From positions 16,951-80,950 of the forward strand of contig JAWKUN010000004.1 in the NCBI GenBank assembly GCA_041398565.1: 64,000 nucleotides of DNA, written 5' to 3'. This stretch comes from Planctomycetota bacterium (lineage in GTDB: Bacteria; Planctomycetota; UBA1135; UBA2386). A program made the position numbers and the translations under genes. Positions 11,901 through 23,700 of this stretch are shown one piece after another (the first letter of the stretch is position 1; the number at the start of each line of letters is the position of its first letter). The notes below the pieces were generated by a model that had not been told where the DNA came from, searched no databases, and saw only the letters and a program-made list of their open reading frames with translations.

Positions 11901-13498
11901 GCGTGCTCCTCGGGGCCGCAGGCCCGAATCGCCACCAGGGTCACGTCGTCGGCCCACGGGACCGGACCGCGGAAGGCGTCGGCAGCGCCGAGCACCGCCT
12001 GCAGGACCGTCTCCGCCGACGCCCCGCGGTGCTCCTCGAGCACCGCGCACAGGCGCTCGACGCCGAACATGTTCTCGTCGGCATCGCACGCCTCCGTGAG
12101 ACCGTCGGTGTAGAGCAAGAGCAGATCGCCGGCCGCCAACTCGAGGGTGCATCCCTGGTAGCGCGTACCTGCCAGGAACCCGAGGACGACGTCCTCGCTC
12201 TCGTAGGTGTCGATCGGGCGGCCGTTCGCGCGCACGACCAAGGTGTCGAGGTGGCCCGCGTTCACCAGTTCGACCGTCCCGGAGTTCGGCGCGAGCGCTG
12301 CCCCCACGGCCGAGATGAATCGCTCGGTGCGCATGAGGTCTTCGTGCATCACCTGCCCGAGCTCGGTCAAGACGCTTCCCGGCGAGGACGATCGGCCGGC
12401 GAGCACGCGCAGCGACATGCGCGCGCTGACCATGAGCATGCCGCTGGCGAGGTTGTGACCGGACACGTCCATCAAGGCCGCCAGTGTGCGGCCGTCGGCC
12501 ATGCCCAGGAAGTCGAAGTAGTCGCCGCCGACGGTGCCGCAGGCACGGTTGCAGCCGGCGATGTCGAAGCCAGCCACCTTCACCGAACTCGCCGTCTGGA
12601 TCTGCCGGTGGATCTCCTGCGCCGTCTCCAGCTCCTTGCCCAGCTCGGCGACGCGGCGGGTGCCGAGAACCGAGCCCAGCATGGCGGCCACGGCGTGCGC
12701 CAGCTTGGTCTCCTGCGACGACAGCTCGGTGTTGGAGGTGTAGCTGTTGGCCACCTTGTCCATCAACAACAGCACGCCGAGCGTGTGCGTGTTGGCGCCG
12801 GTGCCGTAGCGCACCGGCACGGCGATGAGCTCGCGCTTCGCCAGGCTCTCGGGACCGTCCTTCTCCTTCAGCTCGTCGACGTGGGCGAGCAGGGCGGCAC
12901 CGGAGCCGCGCAAGGCCTGGCCGACGAGCCCGTTGCCGGGGACGAAGCGACCTGCTGCCGGCGTCGGCACCGCGCGCGGTTGCCCGCCGCCATCGGCGAC
13001 GATGTGGACCAGGATCTCACAGCTGCCGTCGGGACGCGCCCGCACGTAGAGGACACGTTCGGCACTCGACGCTACCACCAGCGCACGCGCTCCGGTCTCG
13101 GCCACCTCTTCTTCCGTGCGGCCGGTCGGCAGGGTCGGCAGGACGTCGCCCCACATCGACGCCTCCTCCAGCAACGCCAGCGACGTCGGGTACATGCCCT
13201 CGAGGTCGCGCTGCAGCTGCTCGCGCTCCTGGGCCAGCTCGACCACCCCGGCGAGGAACTCGCCGAGGCTGTCACTGGCGCCGGTCGCCGGCGTCAACAC
13301 GAACTCCTGCTCGTCGAGCGTCGCGCGCAGGCCCCGACCGTCGGCGTCGACGGCGGCGGCCGGCACGGCGCTGGCGCCGTCGGCGGCGAAGCGCTGGGCG
13401 AGGTCACCGCCGGGCTCGAGCACGTGCACGACCACCTCGCCGTGCACTGCGCGAGGCAGGGCCGCCAGCCAGCCGAGCTTTGTCGAGGACGCGTTCAA
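11897..13498 (-). CDS. GAF-domain PP2C-type (SpoIIE/RsbU-like) serine phosphatase
   Basis: The C-terminal half shows PP2C/SpoIIE motifs ('GGDYFDF', 'MDVSGHNLASGMLM', 'LLLYTDGLTEA', 'DDVTLVAI'). The middle is GAF-like. The start is a TTG at 13498, 13 nt after the upstream stop. Confidence 0.85.
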   Translation of the reverse strand: MNASSTKLGWLAALPRAVHGEVVVHVLEPGGDLAQRFAADGASAVPAAAVDADGRGLRATLDEQEFVLTPATGASDSLGEFLAGVVELAQEREQLQRDLEGMYPTSLALLEEASMWGDVLPTLPTGRTEEEVAETGARALVVASSAERVLYVRARPDGSCEILVHIVADGGGQPRAVPTPAAGRFVPGNGLVGQALRGSGAALLAHVDELKEKDGPESLAKRELIAVPVRYGTGANTHTLGVLLLMDKVANSYTSNTELSSQETKLAHAVAAMLGSVLGTRRVAELGKELETAQEIHRQIQTASSVKVAGFDIAGCNRACGTVGGDYFDFLGMADGRTLAALMDVSGHNLASGMLMVSARMSLRVLAGRSSSPGSVLTELGQVMHEDLMRTERFISAVGAALAPNSGTVELVNAGHLDTLVVRANGRPIDTYESEDVVLGFLAGTRYQGCTLELAAGDLLLLYTDGLTEACDADENMFGVERLCAVLEEHRGASAETVLQAVLGAADAFRGPVPWADDVTLVAIRACGPEEHA

Positions 13499-13511
13499 GG
13501 CCGGCGCCAGT

Positions 13512-14003
13512 TCAGCTCGCCGCCGAGGGCTGGGTGGACACGGAGCGCGCGCTCGCGGCCTTGCGCATGGTGACGACGTTGCAGCCGTCGACCCGCTCGT
13601 ACTCGAGTGAGTCCATGACCGCCCGAGCGATCATGATACCGAAGCCGCCGCTGTCGCTCGGGAGGGCATCGTCGGACACCTCCGGCGCGGGCGCCGTACG
13701 CGGGTCGAACAGCGGTCCCTCGTCGCGCAGCGACACCGAGAAACCGTGCCGGTCGGTGACGAAGCGGACGATCAGCGGCCGCGAGTCGTCGCCGTCGTAG
13801 GCGTGCCGGTACACGTTGGTGACCATCTCCTGCAGGGCCACCAAGATGTTGTAGCGGGTGCCTTCGGGGTCATCCTGGAAGGGCACCGACTCGAGCAACG
13901 CCTCGCCTGCTTGCCAGACCATGCGCAGGTGATCCATCGATCCGCACAGGCGCAGTTCAACGTTCGCAAACATTGCGTTCGTGTCCATCGGGTCTGACTG
14001 CAT
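13512..14003 (-). CDS. RsbW/SpoIIAB-like anti-sigma factor serine kinase (HATPase_c)
   Basis: ATG at 14003. Pattern 'ILVALQEMVTNVYRHAY' (N-box-like) and 'SGGFGIMIARAVMD' (G-box-like). Its size of ~160 aa is typical of partner-switching kinases. Confidence 0.7.
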   Translation of the reverse strand: MQSDPMDTNAMFANVELRLCGSMDHLRMVWQAGEALLESVPFQDDPEGTRYNILVALQEMVTNVYRHAYDGDDSRPLIVRFVTDRHGFSVSLRDEGPLFDPRTAPAPEVSDDALPSDSGGFGIMIARAVMDSLEYERVDGCNVVTMRKAASARSVSTQPSAAS

Positions 14004-14163
14004 GGTTCCTCGACGCTCTCTCCGTATCTCCCGTGTCCCTATCGGCCGGGGCCGGGCCGACCTTGACCGGGCCCGCGCGCCGGCGTTGGACGCCCGGCGC
14101 CAAGGGAGCGCTGGGGCGTTTTCGTTCGCATTTCACCTGCCGTCCCCTACCATCGCGCGCCTC

Positions 14164-15234
14164 ATGAGCGCTTGGGAGGGCATCAAGCGGTCGGTCGCAT
14201 CGGCGGCTCTATTCGCGGCGGCACTCGTCGCGGCGTTGTTCCTCGGCGCCTGCGCCGGGCCAACCAGCCGCATCGTGCAGCGTGGCGTCTTCGAGCGCAC
14301 GCCGAGCCTGACCGTCGACTCCATCACCGGGCCGGTGCGCGGCGATGGTCTCGGGGAGTTGGCCACCTTGCAGCGGTTGCCGCCGAGTCCGGCCAACGAG
14401 CTCCGGCGCGCGTTCATCCTCAGCGAGAACGGCGACCGCAACGGCGCCGTCGCCATCGCCAACCGCCTCCTGTACGGCGAGGAACCACCGACCGCTGCCA
14501 CGGAGGCGCTGGCACGCTACGTCCGCGCCCGGGCCAGTCGGGGAGTCACGTCGGCCGAGGAGGTCGACGCCGACGTCCAGCGCGCCCGGGAGCTGACCGC
14601 GGACTCGGCGTTCCTGGCACTCTTGGATGCCGAGTTCGCCGGCGGACGCGCGACGGTCGTGGCCGCGCCGGCCCCGGTCGAGCCCACGGGGACGGCGTGG
14701 ACCGCGCCACCGATCCTGCCTCGCGCCACCTGGAACGCCCGGCCCATCGATCGCGGCGACGTGCTGCCGTTGGGCCGCCCCACCTGCATCACGGTCCATC
14801 ACACGACCATTCTCCTCCACAGCACCAGCGCCAAGGTGGCGGCCGCTCAGCTCTACCAGATCCAGGGCGACCACCAGCGCTCGAACGGATGGGCGGACAT
14901 CGGCTACCACTTCCTCATCGATCGTGCCGGCCGGGTGTGGGAAGGCCGCGAGCTGCGTTGGCAAGGGGCCCACGCCGGTGGGACTGCCAACCGCGGCAAC
15001 ATCGGCGTGTGCCTGCTCGGCCGTTTCCTGCGCGGAGGAGACGGGCAGGAGCCATCGCCGCAGCAGGCGGAGAGCCTCGAACGACTCCTCCGCTGGCTCG
15101 GACAGGAGTACGGGATCGACGCCGCTCACATCTACCCCCACCGGCGCTTCAAGGCGACCGAGTGCCCGGGCCCCCGGCTCGAGGCGGTGATGAACGACAT
15201 CCGCCGGCGGATGGAACGGTCCGCGCAGAGCTGA
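14164..15234 (+). CDS. Lipoprotein with C-terminal N-acetylmuramoyl-L-alanine amidase (Amidase_2/PGRP) domain
   Basis: ATG at 14164 (verified). Lipobox-like 'LFLGACAG'. Amidase_2 motifs 'CITVHHT', 'IGYHFLIDRAGRVWEGR', 'GNIGVCLLG' and 'ECPGP'. Confidence 0.8.
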   Translation: MSAWEGIKRSVASAALFAAALVAALFLGACAGPTSRIVQRGVFERTPSLTVDSITGPVRGDGLGELATLQRLPPSPANELRRAFILSENGDRNGAVAIANRLLYGEEPPTAATEALARYVRARASRGVTSAEEVDADVQRARELTADSAFLALLDAEFAGGRATVVAAPAPVEPTGTAWTAPPILPRATWNARPIDRGDVLPLGRPTCITVHHTTILLHSTSAKVAAAQLYQIQGDHQRSNGWADIGYHFLIDRAGRVWEGRELRWQGAHAGGTANRGNIGVCLLGRFLRGGDGQEPSPQQAESLERLLRWLGQEYGIDAAHIYPHRRFKATECPGPRLEAVMNDIRRRMERSAQS

Positions 15235-15389
15235 GCTGCAAGGGCTGCGAATCGTCGCGCCACGCGCGAATTCGGCGATGCCGTTCCGCTTGCCGCCGAG
15301 TCCACAACGGGCGTGCCGGCTCTCCGGCCCCGGACGTTCGTCGGCGTTCCTGTCCGATCTCGCCTCACGCCGATAGCACCGCGCCGCCG

Positions 15390-16618
15390 ATGTTGTCGTC
15401 GGTGGAGACGCTCGAGCCGCTGAAGAGACCGCACGGGCTGGACATCGTTCCGGCGGCGACGGTGACGTGCGCCCTGCTCACGACCCTGACCGTCTTGAGC
15501 ACGGTGTTCGCAGCGGACGAGTCGGTCATGCCCGCGCTGCGTTCGCTCTACACCGGCACGCTCTACATCTGCTTCCGGGTGATCCGCCGGCGCAGCAGCC
15601 TGCCGCGGGCCTCGCCCTTCCTCCTGGTGGAGATCGGGTTCCTGCTGCTCACCGCCACCTTCGTCATCGGCGCGGTGGTGCGGATCCTGCCGGTCGAAGC
15701 CAATCCCGAGGCCGTCGACCGCACCGTTTCGGCGCTCGAGCAGGGCCCAGGGTTCTTGCTCGGGGTGAGCCTGCTCTCGTACGGGATCGTGCTCTTGATC
15801 GCCGAACTGCTGGGGCGGCAGCAGAAGCTCGAACGCACGTACGCCAACACCCGTGGCGCCCTGGAGTCTTCGGAACACGCCCGGCGCACGATGGAGCACC
15901 GTCTGCTCGAGGCGGAGGCGCTGCGGGCCGTGGGCGAGCTTGCGGCCGGAGTGGCCCACGACCTGCGCAACCCGCTGTCCATCGTGCAGGCCACGGTCGA
16001 AGGCCTTGCCGAACAGGTGGCTGCATCGGGCCACCAAGAGCACTTCCGCGTGATCGCGCGCAATCTCGCCCGCGCCGAGGCGACCATCCAATCCCTGCTC
16101 GACGTGGGACGCACCGGACCGGCGACGCCCTCACCCACCGCCGCCGATGAGCTCCTGAGCGACGCGCAGGACATCGTGCTGCCGGCGGCAGCCGAGCGCG
16201 GCCTCGAGGTTCGCGTGGCTTTGGCGGGCGTCGGGCCGCTGCAGGTCGACCGTGCTGCCGCCGTGCGTGCGTTGGTCAACTTGCTGACCAACGCGGTCGA
16301 GGCGAGCGTGCAGGGTGGCGTCGTCGTGCTGCGCGGGCGCTACCGCACCTTCGCCGGCGTCGCCCGCCTGTGGGTCGCCATCGAGGATCGCGGCGTCGGG
16401 GTGCCCCGGCACCAACGCTCGCGCTTGTTCCGCCCGTTCTTCACCACCAAGAAGCGTGGCACCGGTCTCGGCCTGCTGTCGGCCAGACGCATCGTGGCGG
16501 CGATGGGGGGAGACGTGCGCCTGTATCCCCGCGCGCGCGGCGGCACGCGCGCACTCCTGTATCTGCCGGCGGCCGCGAGCCCCCGCCAGGCGTCCCTGGC
16601 CGCCTCTGGAACCCGGCG

Positions 16619-16622
<4 letters not shown>
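15390..16622 (+). CDS. Membrane sensor histidine kinase
   Basis: ATG at 15390. Several N-terminal hydrophobic helices. H-box 'AAGVAHDLRNPLS'; ATPase boxes 'LVNLLTNAVEA', 'DRGVGVP' and 'GTGLGLLSARR'. The stop overlaps the next ATG (16619-16622). Confidence 0.85.
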
Positions 16623-18004
<1,382 letters not shown>

Positions 18005-18143
18005 GTGGCCGACGACCGCGGCAGAGCACGCCGAGTCCGACCCGGAGACCGACATTGTTTTCGACCGTCACACCGGCACAAGGCCTACGCTCTGGGGGCT
18101 CGCGCCGATCTTCGCGTGCGTCCGGCCGGCCCTTTGCAAAGCG

Positions 18144-19304
18144 ATGCCCCACTGCCGACTCAGCCCGAACGGATCCCGAGGGCCACTCCCCGGAGTGGCC
18201 CTCGCGCTTTTTTGTCCGGACCTGGTTTTGCTCGCGGTCCTGGCCGGCCTGGCTGCTTGCAGCCCCGCCCCAGGCACGGCGCCGTGGGAACCGCGGCCGA
18301 CCTCCGTCGATTTCGGCATGATCCCGCACGGCGAGGTCTCCACCAAGCGCGTGGCCATCGACTTCCCCCGCGATCGCGGCCCGATGGTTCCTCTCGCGTT
18401 CCGCGGCAACTGCTCGTGCGCGTCGTGGGCGTTCGTCGCCGTCGCCAAGGACGGGAGCGAGCGCCGCTCGCTGGGCCGAGCTGCGGTCGAGCACGCCGTG
18501 CTGCCCGACGAGTCCTTGTTCCTCGAGCTGAGCTTGGACACCCGGCGCAAGGAGGCAGCGGAGCAGGCCAAGATCACCAGTTCGGGCGAAGTGCTGCTCG
18601 TCGATCTGGGTGAGACGCAGGGCCGCGTCGCCATTCCGGTCTCGTTCACGTACGGCATCGACGCTCCGGTGGAGCTGTCCCCGTTCGCGCACGTCGACTT
18701 CGGCGCGCTGCCCCTGTCGCGGCGCTACTCCGTCAGCCTCGAACTCCGGGCCCGCGGCAAACCCGACGCGCGCTTCGGGCCAGTGCACGTCGACGACCCA
18801 CGGGTCCACGCGTCGCTGCGCCAGGACGGGGCAGTCACCGTGCTCGACGTGCGCGTCGTGCCGGATCGGGGGCTGGGCCTCGGAGCCATGCGCACGCTGA
18901 TCTCGGTGGAGACGGACCTCGAAGGCGGCTACGTGGTGCCGATCCCGGTCACCGGGCAGGTCGTCGACGACATCGAGGTGCGGCCCATGGAGCGCATCTC
19001 GTTCGGTCGCATCGATCTCGGCAGCGAGCAGACCGGGGAGGTCATCCTGCGCGACCACGACACCTCGCGCCCCGCCGAATTCGTGGTGCTCGGCATCCGC
19101 GGCGTGGTCGGCAAGGATCTTGCCAACCACTTCGACGCCGTGCTGCAGACCATCGATGGCGACGAGCGCAGTGCCCGCCTGGTGCTACGCTACAAGGGCA
19201 CGTACAGCGCCACCCGCGCCTTTCGTGGCTTCGTCGATCTCGGCAAGCGCGGCCAGCCGGGGAGCGTCGTCAGCATCGAGTTCGTTGGATTCGGCAATGA
19301 ATGA
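18144..19304 (+). CDS. Lipoprotein with repeated DUF1573-like (PapD/ASH-like beta-sandwich) modules, putative
   Basis: ATG at 18144. Lipobox 'LAGLAACS'. The pattern 'VDFGMIPHGEVSTKRVAIDF' recurs three times ('VDFGALPLSRRYSVSLEL', 'ISFGRIDLGSEQTGEVIL'). The start is uncertain (in-frame GTG at 18195). Confidence 0.6.
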   Translation: MPHCRLSPNGSRGPLPGVALALFCPDLVLLAVLAGLAACSPAPGTAPWEPRPTSVDFGMIPHGEVSTKRVAIDFPRDRGPMVPLAFRGNCSCASWAFVAVAKDGSERRSLGRAAVEHAVLPDESLFLELSLDTRRKEAAEQAKITSSGEVLLVDLGETQGRVAIPVSFTYGIDAPVELSPFAHVDFGALPLSRRYSVSLELRARGKPDARFGPVHVDDPRVHASLRQDGAVTVLDVRVVPDRGLGLGAMRTLISVETDLEGGYVVPIPVTGQVVDDIEVRPMERISFGRIDLGSEQTGEVILRDHDTSRPAEFVVLGIRGVVGKDLANHFDAVLQTIDGDERSARLVLRYKGTYSATRAFRGFVDLGKRGQPGSVVSIEFVGFGNE

Positions 19305-20745
19305 TCAGCCCCCTTGGCTGCGCCGCCGCCCGTTGGCGGTCGGCGTCGCCCTCCTGACGCCTCTGCTCGCATTGTGCGAGCGGCCGCAGTCCGGAGTCTC
19401 CTCGCCACCGGCCGTGTCCGCTCAGCTCGGACCGCGCCTGCGCATGCGCATCTCCGGCAATCTCGAGGGGCGCCTCGAGCCGTGCGGCTGCGCCAGCGGC
19501 CAGCTGGGAGGCCTGGCGCGGCGAGCCTTCTACCTACAACAGGATCGCAACTACGACCTGTTGATCGAGGGCGGCAACGCCGTCAAGGACGGCTCCCCGC
19601 TCGAGAGCGAGAAGCTGGCGACCGCGCTTTCGGTCCTCGACCTGCGCGGCTACGCCGTGTTGGGGCTCGGCGAGAACGACTTCTTGCTGCCTCCGCGCGA
19701 TCTCGCCATGTACCTGCAGGGCTTCGCAGTGACCGCCGTGGCTTCCGACCTGGTCGAGAACGCGCCGGTGAACGCGGGCGAGGCGTTCCCCAGCAAGCCC
19801 TATCGCGACCACGAGGGCGCCGTGCCGGCGCGCATCGCGTCGCTGGTCATGCACCTGCCGACGGGCGACGCGGGCAAGCACTTCTCCCTGCTGCCTCCCG
19901 AGCGGGCGTGGAGCCAGGCCATGGCCGAGTGTCCGGCCGAACGTCTGCGCATCCTGTTGGTGCACGGCAACGAACACGAGGTGCGCGCTGCGGCCGGCTA
20001 CGCGCCGCGCCCCGACCTCGTCGTCGGGGTGTCCCAGGCGTTCAACGAGCCCCCGGGCCAGCCGGAGACGGTGAACGGCGTGCCGGTGGTCTTCACTGGG
20101 ATCCGCGGACGCATGCTCCTCGATGTCACCTTGGCTCGGCGCGAGAGCGACGGCACACCCGAGCTCACCCGCTACGAAGTCGTTGGCCTCGCCGGCAGCA
20201 AGACGGCGCCGGGAGCTGCCGAGGACCGCGAGACCCGCGCCATGATCCTCGACCACCGCCACCAGGTGCAGACCCTGGGCCTGCGCGAGCGGATGGCCGA
20301 GCAGAAGCCGGCGCCCGGCGGCCGGCGCTACGTCGGCTCCGACGCCTGCGCCGACTGCCACGAAGCGGCGACGAAGGCGTGGAAGGCCAGCAAGCATGCG
20401 CAGGCTTGGGCGACCCTGGAGAAGGCAGAGAGCGGCACGCGCTACGGCTGGCCGGTGACCGCCTACCCGGACTGCGTGGGTTGCCACGTCGTCGGCTACG
20501 GGGAGCGCTCAGGATTCGTGAACGCCGACAAGACTCCGGGGCTGCGCGACGTCGGTTGCGAGGCCTGCCATGGACCGGGCGACCAGCACATCGAGGCCTA
20601 CGCGGAGGGCCTCGAGCCCAAGGAAGGTGACAAGGGTTTCATGGGCAGGGTCGGACCGCATCCCTGTCTTCGGTGCCACGACTTCGAGCAGTCACCGACC
20701 TTCGTGTTCAACGATCGCTGGAAGGAGATCGAACACGGCCGTTGA
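19297..20745 (+). CDS. Secreted fusion: degenerate calcineurin-like/5'-nucleotidase-like domain plus tetraheme cytochrome c (c554-like)
   Basis: ATG at 19297, overlapping the upstream stop by 8 nt. Four CxxCH motifs are present (CADCH, CVGCH, CEACH, CLRCH). The N-terminal half resembles metallophosphoesterases but has substituted metal ligands ('ISGNLEGRLEPCGC', 'IEGGNAV', 'GLGENDF'). Confidence 0.75.
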   Translation: MNDQPPWLRRRPLAVGVALLTPLLALCERPQSGVSSPPAVSAQLGPRLRMRISGNLEGRLEPCGCASGQLGGLARRAFYLQQDRNYDLLIEGGNAVKDGSPLESEKLATALSVLDLRGYAVLGLGENDFLLPPRDLAMYLQGFAVTAVASDLVENAPVNAGEAFPSKPYRDHEGAVPARIASLVMHLPTGDAGKHFSLLPPERAWSQAMAECPAERLRILLVHGNEHEVRAAAGYAPRPDLVVGVSQAFNEPPGQPETVNGVPVVFTGIRGRMLLDVTLARRESDGTPELTRYEVVGLAGSKTAPGAAEDRETRAMILDHRHQVQTLGLRERMAEQKPAPGGRRYVGSDACADCHEAATKAWKASKHAQAWATLEKAESGTRYGWPVTAYPDCVGCHVVGYGERSGFVNADKTPGLRDVGCEACHGPGDQHIEAYAEGLEPKEGDKGFMGRVGPHPCLRCHDFEQSPTFVFNDRWKEIEHGR

Positions 20746-20765
20746 GCGCGCAGCGGCGCGCCGCG

Positions 20766-23700
20766 CTACCACACGCTGCGCGCAGCGCGCAGCCCCACCC
20801 ACGGCAGGTGGGCGTCGCGGTCCAGTTCGAAGCGCGTCGCCACGCCGGCAGTCCGCGGCCCGTCCTGGAAGCTGGCGCCGCGGGCGACGACGCTGGCGCC
20901 GTCGTCGCGGCTCGACTGCGGATCGCGCCGATCGGCATCCCGACGGTAGGCGCGAGCATCGAAGGTGTCAGCGCACCACTCGCGCACGTTGCCGACGAGG
21001 TCGTGGAAGCCCCACGCGTTGGCCTCGAACGAACCCACCGGCGCCGCGCCGGGGTGGCCATCGGACCCTGGAAATCGATCCGCGTCGCGGTCGCCGCTCT
21101 CGCGGCCCCGCAGGTTGCCGGTCGCCTTCTCCGGGTCATCGCCCCATGGGTAGCGCCGGTACACCTCACCGTTCCCGGCGCGTGCCGCATACTCCCATTC
21201 GACTTCGGTCGGCAGCCGCAGGCCGAAGAACGCGCAGAACGCCGTCGCTTCGCGCCAGCTCACGCCAGCCACGGGGTGGCGGATCGAACCGGCCTCGGCG
21301 TGCGAGCCCAGCCCCGTTTCCGCGGCGAAGCGCCGCCACGCCTCCCAGGTGACTTCGGTCTCCCCCAGGTAGAAGGGCTCCAGCAGCGTCACCCGATGTC
21401 GCGGGCGCTCCACTGCGGAGGCGAGCTCGTCGCTCTCGGGCGCCCCCATCACGAACGTGCCGGGCTCGATCAGCCGCAGCACGAGGCCGCTCTTGCGGTC
21501 GCGGACGACGCGCGGCAGACCGCTCGGCCCGACCTCGCCGTCGACGATGTCGGCCCAGGGCGCGATCAACCCCTGGCGCATCGCCTCGCGCGCGCGCGCG
21601 TCGTCGGCGAACAGATGGCTCAGCTCGGCCCACGCGCCGGCGGTCTTGTCGCGTGCGACCCGCTCGAGCACGTGCCCGAGGATGTCTTCGTACATGCGCT
21701 CGAAGTCGGCATCGCGCGGTGAGCTCGCGTGCAGCACGCGGCGCACCGACTCGGAGGCACGCGGGTTGAGTGCGTAGGCGCGCGCATAGGCCGCCAACGC
21801 CTGGCTCCGGCGGCCGGCGAGTTCGTGGGCGGTCCCGGTCCGCATCGACGCCTCGAACACCGACAGGTCCAGCTGCTGCAGGTGTTCGTCGATGCGCTGG
21901 CGGTAGTGCTCGTTCGCTCCCCCCCGTGCCCGTACGAACTGTTGTCGTGCGTCGCCCAGGCGGCCCTCGACGAGCGCGATCTCGCCCCGCTCGAACGCGG
22001 TCCGTATCACCGGGTCGATGCGTTCCCGCTGCACTTCCTGCTGCAGGGCCGCGATGGCGGGACGCTCCTGCAACACCCAAAGGTGACGCGCGTCGAGAAG
22101 CCACGCAGCAACGCCGTCGGCAGCCGTCCACGTGCCTTCCTGCACGCCCTCGAGCAAGCCCGCCCGCAGAACCTGCTCTACGGCGGTCGGCAACGCCTGC
22201 CGAACGCTCGCCGCCCAGGCCGGATCGTCGGCGCAACCGTGGCTGTCCTGCAGGGAGTCCAGATCGAGCACGCCCTGCCAGTCGTGGCGATCGACCATGC
22301 CTTGGAGAAGGGCCAGGGCGACGGACCGCCGCAGGTCCTCGGGAGCGCCACGTTCGTGCAGGGCCGCGAGACGGGCCAGGCCAGCCGAGGGAGGTGCATC
22401 GCAGGCCGCCCGCAGCTCGAGCCAGGTCAGCCACTGCTGGCGCAGATCTTCGTCGCCGGCGGCGACTTCGGTGGCGGCGAGGGCGTCGCGCGCCATGTCC
22501 AACCGGCCCGCACGCACCAGATCGAAGACGCGGCCGAGTTCGGCGTCGGCCAAGGGATCTCGCCCTCGCGGCAGGGTCGACGGTTGGCCGGGTTGAGCGC
22601 CAGCGAGGTCGAGGGCAGGGGTCGCGCCGACCAAGGGCACCTCGAGGTCGACGCGCGGCACTGCGGGCAGGCCCTGGGCGAGCACGCTCTCCGTCGGAGC
22701 GTGCGGCAGGTCGACCGTGTGCGTCACCTTGCCGTCGACCAGGAACTCGAGCGACATGCCCGCGGCCAGGGGCGGCAGGCGCAGCTGGAAGGCACCGTCG
22801 CGCCCGGTGACCGTCTGCACCAGGTGGTAGTTGGGACGTGCCAAGGCCAGAGCACCCACTGCGCGGACCGCCACCACCGCGGGCGGCGTCACCCGCCCCG
22901 AGACCATCACCAGCGCGGGATAGAGTTTGGTGTCGAGCACCGCCCCCGCGTGGTCGGCACCCACCTCGAGGTCTTCGACCCGCGGCAAGTACCCGTCGGC
23001 GACCACCTCGACGCTCTGCCGGCCCGGCACGGCGTGGACCAGGGCTTCGCCGTCGCCCGCGGCCAGGAAGGTGCGGTTGCCGATCCTCACCGAGAAGGTC
23101 GGCACGCGCGCCGAAGACACGGCGTCCTCGACCGTGACCCGGAAGGAGACCGAACCGCTGACGATCGCTGCCGGCGGGTCGGCCGCGAGGCGCGGGCCGA
23201 GCAGCTCCGGCTCCTGTTCGCCAGCGGTGGCGGCCAGGGTGCGGGTGCGCGCTTCGTCGGCGACGCGCCGCAGGTCGACCTCGCTGGCGGTGTCGGCCAA
23301 GGCGCGCATTGCCGCGCACAGGGCGACCGTGAACGGGAAGGCCGCCTCACCGTCGCCGGCGCGGGCGTAGGTGCCGGCCCGCGTCCCCCACAGCTCCCAG
23401 ATCGGCGCGTCGCGCAGGATCGCCTTCGGCGGCGGCGCCGCCAGGCTGGTGCGGCAGGCGTCGATGACGAAGACGACCCGGAGGAGCACGCCGCGTCCGG
23501 CGGCGCGGTCGCGCGCGTCACCCACCGCCTGCACCAGGTCGCGGCGGCCGATCGCGGCACGGAAGCCGCCGCCGTCGTTGGCCGTCGTGTAGTGGCCGAA
23601 CAGGACGGGGTCGCCTTCGCCGTCGACGAAGCCGTGCCCGGCATAGCCCACGAACAGGACCGCGCTCGGGCCGCCGAGCTGGTCGGCAGCCCGCCCCAGC

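Noticed and set aside
18124-18140. Possible sigma-54 promoter 'CCGGCCGGCCCTTTGCA' (GG-N10-GC spacing, good TTGCA -12 element) downstream of the NtrC-type regulator
   Set aside because: The -24 element is poor (CGGCCG versus TGGCAC). GG-N10-GC is frequent by chance at this GC content. The predicted transcription start would fall after the ATG at 18144. It is only viable if the gene starts at GTG 18195.
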